Virus record (IMG/VR): IMGVR_UViG_3300028392_000060
Span: 1 to 64,000 of that record
Direction: 5' to 3' (one strand)
Source of the DNA: a virus
Length of the DNA: 64,000 bases
Part shown: in pieces, positions 17,921 to 24,417 of the stretch
Layout: the number at the start of each line of letters is the position of its first letter
How positions within the stretch are numbered: position 1 is the stretch's first letter
Notes under the pieces: model-generated
What the model was told of the DNA's origin: nothing
Databases searched by the model: none
The model's input: the letters and a program-made list of their open reading frames with translations, nothing else
Position numbers and translations under genes: made by a program

Positions 17921-18086
17921 AGTATACCAAAACCCACTGACATTATTCTACTTACTAGCCAGTAATTCCATATTTTGAGACGCTCAAGCGGTGTGATAAA
18001 TATCACACGACACGCCCGAAAGATGAATTTTAGATGAATTTTAATCCACACGTAATCCACAGACACGCCCGACCTCGGGGGCGCGG
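17921..18086 (-). promoter_or_regulatory. complete upstream module
   Basis: TGTCAG-N10-TATACT 17921-17942; TTACTAGCCAGTAA 17952-17965; TTCCA-N5-TGAGA 17966-17980; CRP box 17992-18007; GC repeat 18062-18086. Confidence 0.72.
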
Positions 18087-18258
18087 CAAAAAATTTGCAG
18101 CTTTTTAATTCTGCAAATCTTTTTTATTTTTATTTATTTTTATTTATTTTTTTTATTTAAAATTTTTAAAAATTTCTTCAACAATTTTTAACTGTTCATC
18201 GTTAAGATGTTCAATTTGAATTGCATCTGCAAATCCAAAAATATCTTTTTGATTTTCA

Positions 18259-18453
18259 TTAGTCATTGAAACATGCTTCCCAAAAACGATCCGCATCAAA
18301 ATTTGGATTATCGTTTTCAAAAATTGTTATGAAACGATTTACCAAACCATTTTCAAATTCATTTGTAAAAGATGGGCGGGTTTCCAAATTATTTTCTTTT
18401 AAATAATCATTAAGGATTTTAGCCGTAGCGATATAAGTTTTTCTAGTCATCAT
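18259..18453 (-). CDS. hypothetical early protein, paralog of 19482..19661
   Basis: MMTRKTYIATAKILN...DNPNFDADRFWEACF. Confidence 0.8.
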   Translation of the reverse strand: MMTRKTYIATAKILNDYLKENNLETRPSFTNEFENGLVNRFITIFENDNPNFDADRFWEACFND

Positions 18454-18546
18454 TTATTTATTCTCTTCAATCTCATCTAGTAGTTCCCAAAGAATTGGCT
18501 CTAACGCTTTTGCGCTTTCATCTAATTTTTCTTGTAGTGTTTTCAT

Positions 18547-18753
18547 TTATTTATAGTATTCCATTTCTGTTAGTAAGTGAGCATAACCATCTTTATTAGA
18601 CTTTAGCGATAATTCGCAAGGCTCGCATTTCCATTCATATTTTAATGTTCTACCTGTTCCCAATGTTGCAACAGCCCAATGGGTCATTTTACGAGAACAC
18701 ACAGGGCAGTAGCAAGAAATTTCTTGCCCTAGCCCACCAATTTTAATAGTCAT
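18547..18753 (-). CDS. small Zn-ribbon protein
   Basis: CPVC...CEPC. Confidence 0.7.
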   Translation of the reverse strand: MTIKIGGLGQEISCYCPVCSRKMTHWAVATLGTGRTLKYEWKCEPCELSLKSNKDGYAHLLTEMEYYK

Positions 18754-18947
18754 TATTTAACCACGCTTTCTTTAAATTCTTTTTGATTACAAGTTAAGGC
18801 AAGGATTTCACCCTTAGCATTTACGATACGAGCATTTACTATATCGTGTTCATCACTAACATTAGTGATTTCATTTATTAGGTAATTCTCATTTTTCCAA
18901 ATAAAGAGACACCCTACGAATAATTTATTTATAAGTGTTAAAGTCAT
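18753..18947 (-). CDS. hypothetical early protein
   Basis: Likely start MTLTLINK, TAATG-coupled. Confidence 0.6.
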   Translation of the reverse strand: MTLTLINKLFVGCLFIWKNENYLINEITNVSDEHDIVNARIVNAKGEILALTCNQKEFKESVVK

Positions 18948-19141
18948 TAGATACACACCACGCATTCACACTTAGGGGCATTAACAGATAATAAAATTTT
19001 TAACAACGCTTTACGCTGTCCAAAATTTAAGCCATAAGTGGATTTACACCCACCATTATTAAAATCGTGTATGATACGATTTTCTAATTCCGCACTAATA
19101 TTTAGTGCCTTACCTATATTTATTTTATTTAGTGTAGTCAT
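18947..19141 (-). CDS. hypothetical early protein
   Basis: SD AAAGGTGGT; promoter TTGATT-N17-TAAACT at 19177-19205. Confidence 0.7.
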   Translation of the reverse strand: MTTLNKINIGKALNISAELENRIIHDFNNGGCKSTYGLNFGQRKALLKILLSVNAPKCECVVCI

Positions 19142-19261
19142 CTTAGACCACCTTTCTTTATTGTTTAACTATCGTTAGTTTAGCAGACTTTCTGCCGAAA
19201 ATCAAGGCGACACGCCGTAGATTTCTAACTTTTTTTTCTATATTTAATTTTCTATAATGGA

Positions 19262-19419
19262 ATTGTAACATAAAAAATCGCTACTGTCTAGTATACTCGT
19301 GAGTAGTCTCAATATATGGAGCGTGGGCTTTGTGATAAAAATCACAAAGATTTTTTTAATCGTACGTAAATGCGACACGCCCGACCTCGGGGGCGCGGCG
19401 AAAAACGAACAGATGTTCG
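19262..19419 (-). promoter_or_regulatory. complete upstream module ending in a LexA box
   Basis: TAGACA-N17-TACAAT; TACTCGTGAGTA; TCTCA-N5-TGGAG; CRP box 19331-19346; GC repeat 19374-19398; CGAAC-AGAT-GTTCG 19406-19419. Confidence 0.7.
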
Positions 19420-19446
19420 CATTAAAAAAATAGCTGTAAAAAAAAT

Positions 19447-19475
19447 TAAGCAGTTTTAAAACTTACTTAGGTTTT
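19447..19475 (-). ncRNA. H-type pseudoknot copy C
   Basis: AAAAC-C-UAAGUA-A-GUUUU-AAAAC-UGCUUA. Confidence 0.55.
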
Positions 19476-19481
19476 TATTTT

Positions 19482-19661
19482 TTAAACGTTTAAATTTTTA
19501 AAACACTCTTCCCAAAATCTATCGCTATCAAATCTTTCGTTATCAGCGAAAAACATTTCGGAAAAATCATTTACTAAATCTTCAAACACTTCTAATTTCA
19601 TTTCGCCACCATAAGAATTTAAAATCTCTGCGGTTGCTACGTAGTCTTTTCTTGTCATCAT
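19482..19661 (-). CDS. 59-aa paralog of 18259..18453 (not in track)
   Basis: MMTRKDYVATAEILN...DNERFDSDRFWEECF; SD AAGGA. Confidence 0.8.
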   Translation of the reverse strand: MMTRKDYVATAEILNSYGGEMKLEVFEDLVNDFSEMFFADNERFDSDRFWEECFKNLNV

Positions 19662-19787
19662 TTTTGTTCTTTTCCTTTTCTTTAGTTAATAGATTAAGTG
19701 GGGCATAGGTTGATTACGGAGACTTACTCGCACTCTTGCCTTAAGACTCAGCGAAGCCCGACCCACTTAATTATATTTATTATAGCA

Positions 19788-19958
19788 TTACTTAGATGTT
19801 TTAACCATTGCTAAACGCTTTGAGCCATTTGCTAAAGTTAAACCAACACGAGTTACTTTGTTAGAAATTGGAGCGAAAGAATTTATTCGTCCAGTAATTC
19901 CAGTTGTTGATGTTGTGAATAAATCACCGATTTGGTAAGTGTATCCTTGTATTGTCAT
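19788..19958 (-). CDS. 56-aa protein, paralog of 20039..20203 (not in track)
   Basis: MTIQGYTYQIGDLFTT...TRV. Confidence 0.8.
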   Translation of the reverse strand: MTIQGYTYQIGDLFTTSTTGITGRINSFAPISNKVTRVGLTLANGSKRLAMVKTSK

Positions 19959-19990
19959 TTATTTTATATCCTTTTCTTTTGTTGGGTTGT

Positions 19991-20019
19991 TGAGCAGTTT
20001 TATATCTTGCTCAGGATAT
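19991..20019 (-). ncRNA. H-type pseudoknot copy B
   Basis: AUAUC-C-UGAGCA-A-GAUAU-AAAAC-UGCUCA. Confidence 0.6.
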
Positions 20020-20038
20020 TTAGGGTATTTCCCTAAAC

Positions 20039-20203
20039 TTATGCGAGTGAAACTGTTGTGTAACGCTCTGTTCCATCAACATCAAGCAGAACACGAGTTA
20101 GTGTTTTGCTAATTGGTTCAATAGCCTTGATAACGCCTGTTACCTTGCTTTTTTGTGTAGTGAATAAATCACCGATTTGGTAAGTCTTGTTATTTATAGT
20201 CAT
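20039..20203 (-). CDS. 54-aa protein, paralog of 19788..19958 (not in track)
   Basis: MTINNKTYQIGDLFTT...TRV; SD AAGGA. Confidence 0.8.
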   Translation of the reverse strand: MTINNKTYQIGDLFTTQKSKVTGVIKAIEPISKTLTRVLLDVDGTERYTTVSLA

Positions 20204-20235
20204 TTTTTTCCTTTTCTTTTGTTGTTGTTAGTGAT

Positions 20236-20257
20236 AGTCTACCATAGACTACCGACA
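20236..20257 (-). promoter_or_regulatory. PafBC/RecA-NDp-type promoter
   Basis: TGTCGG-TAGTCTATGG-TA-GAC-T. Confidence 0.75.
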
Positions 20258-20265
20258 TTTGCTTT

Positions 20266-20451
20266 CTATCTTTGATTTAATAAAGATTTACAACCTGCGA
20301 AGGGGCATCTTATATGTTGCGCCCTATGGATTTTATAAGTATATTTTCCGACATTAGAAAGGCGGGGGCTATGGTGAGTGCTACCATAAGCGGGGGCGGG
20401 AATTAGTAGTGCTATTAGAATTACTATAACTATTCTTTTAATCATTTCCAC
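20266..20451 (-). CDS. small secreted/membrane protein
   Basis: Signal-like MIKRIVIVILIALLIPAPAYG. Confidence 0.55.
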   Translation of the reverse strand: MEMIKRIVIVILIALLIPAPAYGSTHHSPRLSNVGKYTYKIHRAQHIRCPFAGCKSLLNQR

Positions 20452-20545
20452 CCCTTAACTTCTTTAGCCATATAGTAAAACATCATACCAAAGAAAGGCA
20501 AAGATATCAACATTATAGCCCGTAGGGCATAGGTGAGATATATCA

Positions 20546-20710
20546 CTAGAGTACCTCATCTATATCAAAATTATCTACGGCTAGAAAGACATCTGCCATT
20601 TCATCAGCGTCAGATTTAGCCTCTGCTAATTCATCTAACATAGTATCAAAGGTATCGGCAAGTGTTTCCCACTTGTCTGTCTTTCTATCAAACGAATATG
20701 AGTAAGTCAT
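20546..20710 (-). CDS. small acidic protein
   Basis: Likely start MTYSYSF, TAATG-coupled. Confidence 0.6.
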   Translation of the reverse strand: MTYSYSFDRKTDKWETLADTFDTMLDELAEAKSDADEMADVFLAVDNFDIDEVL

Positions 20711-20853
20711 TATTTGACCCCCGCACAATTCATATTGCCACTTCCGAGAGTAGCATAAGCAGAAAGTGGTCTACCATTTTGATAGATGATTTTTTCACTA
20801 CAACGAGAGCAGGTTGTAACCTGTTCGGTAGGTTGAGTAGGATTGTGTAACAT
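20710..20853 (-). CDS. small Cys-containing protein, first gene of the island
   Basis: Likely start MLHNPTQ behind SD GAGGT; promoter TTGACT-N17-TATAAT at 20915-20943. Confidence 0.55.
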   Translation of the reverse strand: MLHNPTQPTEQVTTCSRCSEKIIYQNGRPLSAYATLGSGNMNCAGVK

Positions 20854-21118
20854 ATTAGTTACCTCTATTCTTTTAATTAGATTGAGAACCTTTCTCAATT
20901 TCTTTAATACTGTAATTATAGCACACAAAATCGGAAAAGTCAAGCGACACGCCGTTAATTACACGCTTGTAATTAGTGATATACACCACAAAACGCCCTA
21001 TTTCTAGACATACTGGCGAGTAATGTCTAATATTCGGGCGCACTATTATTTTTTTATTTTTTTATTTAAAAAGTGTATCATGCATTTTAAAAATCCATTC
21101 ACATTTTGACCAAATGTG

Positions 21119-21132
21119 GTTTCACGTGAAAC
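21119..21132. promoter_or_regulatory. parS centromere-like site
   Basis: Perfect palindrome GTTTCACGTGAAAC, intergenic. Confidence 0.8.
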
Positions 21133-21192
21133 AATTTTGAGGGGAGTGGCATAATGTTTTCTATTAACTATCTTAGAAAAATATCGTGGCAT

Positions 21193-21981
21193 TTAAATCT
21201 TCAAATCCAAATCTGTAATGTAATAGGTTTCATAGAAGTTTTGAGAAATTCTACGATTTAATATATAGTAGAAAATCTGGCGGGATATAGAAAGCTCATC
21301 AAAATCAAAACTATCCAGATACTCTATAGCTATTTTAGCATCATTACTATCTATAGCATGTTTTCCATTAAGAGGACTGGCACTTATTTTATCAAAACAC
21401 TTATTTACTATGCTAAGATCACGCAATATTTTGTCGGGAGACCAAGAATCTTCCCCCCGATCCCTTAAAGCTGGATAAATATGACATGGAGAAATAGCAA
21501 AAGTACCTCTTGTCCAATGTACATTAGGATATTTTGTTCTAATTACAGATTCTTCTTCTTCAAAATATTCTATAAGGCGTAAAACCCTAGAATTTTCATT
21601 TTTTATAGCATTTTTCCATCTTGTATCAGCAATATGTTGTTTTCCATTACGATTTCGTGATTGTGAAAAGACAGGAAGGCGAGAAATTAAATCATTTGCT
21701 TTAATTTCTTTAGAATTATAAGACTTTCTCTCTATTTGATAATTAACTTCTTCTATAGAGGTTCTTTTTGGCCTAATTTTGCTTAATTCAGACAGTTCTG
21801 CATCTGTGCATGATAATAAATACTCATTTTGAGTATAATGAGCTTCTAAACCATATTGTAAGTGTTTAAAACCAGATGCGGGGATTATAAAAAAATATTT
21901 ATCAGTATAAATATGATAAGAATCTTCACTAGATACATGTAAATATTTAATATTGTGACATAAATCACTAATTGGTTTCAT
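21193..21981 (-). CDS. hypothetical protein
   Basis: Likely start MKPISDL at 21981 (track extends to 22053). Confidence 0.65.
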   Translation of the reverse strand: MKPISDLCHNIKYLHVSSEDSYHIYTDKYFFIIPASGFKHLQYGLEAHYTQNEYLLSCTDAELSELSKIRPKRTSIEEVNYQIERKSYNSKEIKANDLISRLPVFSQSRNRNGKQHIADTRWKNAIKNENSRVLRLIEYFEEEESVIRTKYPNVHWTRGTFAISPCHIYPALRDRGEDSWSPDKILRDLSIVNKCFDKISASPLNGKHAIDSNDAKIAIEYLDSFDFDELSISRQIFYYILNRRISQNFYETYYITDLDLKI

Positions 21982-22540
21982 TTTTCCTAATCCATAGTTG
22001 ATATCCTGAATGAATAATTTCAATTTTATCTTTATAGCATGCAAGAAAAGCATCTATAGCAATTTTTGGTTTTTGATACTCTGGGTATGGTGGAGGCCAT
22101 CCATAATCATCAAATGCAATAATTCCTCCATGCTTTAAATTTTCAAAAGAATTTATTGCATCTTTTAAAACTTGTGGAGCTAAATGGCTTCCATCTACAT
22201 ATATAAAATCATACATTGGGCGTGGGTATTTAAAAAACTCATCGCTAGTCATTTTATACTTGTTGATTGTATTATTAGCAATATAAAGATCTAATTTTTC
22301 ATTATAGATTTGCTCTACTTCATTAAAATTAAATCCCTCATGCTCCATAGATCCACTCCATGTATCTACATCATCAAGGCGGGAATCTGGATGAGTCAAT
22401 ACATTCTCACATAACCATAAAGAACAATCTCCAGTATATGCACCTACCTGTAAAACATGTATAGGAGTTCCAGATAATGGAACTAATTTTTCTTTAAATG
22501 TAGACATCATTCCAGCAAACCAATTAGGATATTGATTCAT
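21968..22540 (-). CDS. class I SAM-dependent methyltransferase (Methyltransf_24-like)
   Basis: LQVGAYTG, DVDTWSGS, YDFIYVDGSH, LKHGGIIAFDDY. Confidence 0.88.
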   Translation of the reverse strand: MNQYPNWFAGMMSTFKEKLVPLSGTPIHVLQVGAYTGDCSLWLCENVLTHPDSRLDDVDTWSGSMEHEGFNFNEVEQIYNEKLDLYIANNTINKYKMTSDEFFKYPRPMYDFIYVDGSHLAPQVLKDAINSFENLKHGGIIAFDDYGWPPPYPEYQKPKIAIDAFLACYKDKIEIIHSGYQLWIRKNETN

Positions 22541-22809
22541 TATTCTTTATCCATTTCAAATAGAGAGTCCTGCAGATCTTGATCTGCTGTTTCATCTTCA
22601 AATATAAAAGACGGGGCGGGAGCAAGAATCTGTCCAGATTCGTGTAAAGAGAACAATCCCTTAGCATCAGCACCTAATTTATCTGCAATAATAGATAACA
22701 TATCATAATTTCTCTGTTCTTGTATAAATATAGCTCCTAGCAATTCACGGGTATTGGACAAAATATCCAATATCTCCCTAGTTTCCAACTCTTCTCCTAG
22801 ATTTCCCAT
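22540..22809 (-). CDS. hypothetical protein
   Basis: ORF track; operon. Confidence 0.7.
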   Translation of the reverse strand: MGNLGEELETREILDILSNTRELLGAIFIQEQRNYDMLSIIADKLGADAKGLFSLHESGQILAPAPSFIFEDETADQDLQDSLFEMDKE

Positions 22810-23039
22810 ATATGTTCTCCTTTACTATTTAATATCTCTTTGGTTATATGATCCCATTTATTGGCTTCCATTCCCGCCGAATTATTTATAACTAAATCCC
22901 CATCTTCATTATTTATAGTATACAGCCATTTAAAAGGGTGATCTAATTCTACCCTACCGATCAATATTTTGTCTACATGTATCTCAATAGCAAGATTTTG
23001 ATCATCATTCTCATCATATGACTCTATATAGGCTTTCAT
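22797..23039 (-). CDS. hypothetical protein
   Basis: ORF track; operon. Confidence 0.7.
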   Translation of the reverse strand: MKAYIESYDENDDQNLAIEIHVDKILIGRVELDHPFKWLYTINNEDGDLVINNSAGMEANKWDHITKEILNSKGEHIWEI

Positions 23040-23055
23040 TTCTACTTTTTCGGCC

Positions 23056-23922
23056 TCAATTGCTTTCCCGCACGAATGTGATAGCTCGTGAATTATGAAT
23101 TAAAGATGTATGGCCAGTTTGTTGAGGAGTAAAATCTTCACCATGAAGATAAACTAAAGGTACATTCTGTTTTTCCAAAAATTCTATTAAATTGGGATTT
23201 CTTGTCATAGAGCCTAAAACTATAAGATCAAATTGATTTATATCTTCAGCATTTTTTAATCCGCTTATGGTATTGGCTTTAAGTACTTTAGAATAGCCAA
23301 ATCCCCGCCCATAAAGAGTTTTTGTGTCCATTTGATAGTTGTCATATAAATAAGGAGTTATAAAAGCCTCTACGCACTTTTGTCCAAATAATTGCTTAAA
23401 CCCTATTAAAGTCATTATACTTAGATAATCTTCAGTTTGAGGAAGTGATTGATCTATAAATAAAACATTTTTTGGAGTTACTTTTGCTGATTTCATAATA
23501 TATTTTGCCATTGCGCTACATGTAAGGTTATTTATAAAATTAGCAGATATTAATTGTCTTTCTTCTACCGACGGCGGCTCATTTGTTCGCTGAAAACGTT
23601 CGTATATATCCATATATAATTCTTTAAGATGATGAGTCATTGTGTATTTAGGTATTTGAACAGCATCTGCCATAAGTGGCATTGTTCCAGAAACCATAAT
23701 TTCCAAATGACGCATACAATCCCAACCTGCTTTTTTCATTGTTACGCCATAATAAGATTTTTGATATTCTGCTAAATATAAAGATTCATCGCTATACGAA
23801 TAAGAATTGCCAGGTACTATATCAGCTATTAATTTTTCCTTTATGTATAAATATGGAGTTTTTGGATAACTAAAAGATATTGGATAATATCCATTTTCTT
23901 TATAACAATCTTCAAATATCAT
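23056..23922 (-). CDS. putative GT-B glycosyltransferase
   Basis: PISFS...KKAGWDCMRHLEI and DYL...LYGRGFGY...HGED motifs. Confidence 0.55.
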   Translation of the reverse strand: MIFEDCYKENGYYPISFSYPKTPYLYIKEKLIADIVPGNSYSYSDESLYLAEYQKSYYGVTMKKAGWDCMRHLEIMVSGTMPLMADAVQIPKYTMTHHLKELYMDIYERFQRTNEPPSVEERQLISANFINNLTCSAMAKYIMKSAKVTPKNVLFIDQSLPQTEDYLSIMTLIGFKQLFGQKCVEAFITPYLYDNYQMDTKTLYGRGFGYSKVLKANTISGLKNAEDINQFDLIVLGSMTRNPNLIEFLEKQNVPLVYLHGEDFTPQQTGHTSLIHNSRAITFVRESN

Positions 23923-23926
23923 TTTT

Positions 23927-24403
23927 TTATATACTATTTACTAACGGATAATCTTCTGCCATCATTTTATTAAATTCTTCATTACCAATCCAAAATATAT
24001 TTCCTAATACCCGCCATGCAAAATTAGTTCCTTCAGATAAATGTTTTTCTATTGCCCAAGATAATACTTCTGAATCTAGTTTCCGTCCCGCCTCAATCAG
24101 CATCGTATATTCAATATCTTTAATTTTACGAGTAGTAAATATAGCGTTTGATTTTGAAGGTTTAAAACTATCAGGCATTGTTTTATCTGTTAAATAATCA
24201 CATTTAAATATTTGACATGGATTCATTGGTCTTGTATTATATTCCCCACAACCTTCTCCGACTTTAACAAAAGGACAAGGAACAATAGAACCATCATCTG
24301 CCATACCCATAAAATTACCCTTTATATCAGCCCTTAAATGCCCTTCACAGCACTTTGTACAACCTTCACAGGATCTTCCATCAACTATGGGTAAAAAGTT
24401 CAT
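23927..24403 (-). CDS. YkgJ-like Cys-cluster (Fe-S/Zn) protein
   Basis: CEGCTKCC...CPF...CGEYNTRP...CQIFKC. Confidence 0.7.
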   Translation of the reverse strand: MNFLPIVDGRSCEGCTKCCEGHLRADIKGNFMGMADDGSIVPCPFVKVGEGCGEYNTRPMNPCQIFKCDYLTDKTMPDSFKPSKSNAIFTTRKIKDIEYTMLIEAGRKLDSEVLSWAIEKHLSEGTNFAWRVLGNIFWIGNEEFNKMMAEDYPLVNSI

Positions 24404-24417
24404 TTCTTACTTTTGTC

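Noticed and set aside
18042-18061. Two TAATCCACA as DnaA boxes
   Set aside because: Each mismatches the consensus and they sit among other short local duplications; too weak to call an origin
16683-18066. N-terminal extensions given by the track (to 16778 and 18066; likewise 12330, 20943, 22053, 1057)
   Set aside because: They cross promoters or operators; better starts with SD or translational coupling lie downstream
16815-18120. TTTGCAGCTTTT elements at about 16820 and 18095 as further pseudoknot copies
   Set aside because: They fold as simple hairpins followed by U-tracts, i.e. terminator-like
13875-19398. GC-rich repeat as a CRISPR repeat or integron attC
   Set aside because: Copies are 1.3-2.8 kb apart around whole operons, lack attC core sites, and no integrase is visible
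20332-20353. Twelfth PafBC-type promoter TGTCGG-N10-TA-TAA-A
   Set aside because: Final conserved T missing and no adjacent start; not counted
20532-20547. CRP-like GGTGA-N6-TCACT
   Set aside because: Two mismatches, inside a probable small membrane ORF, not in a module
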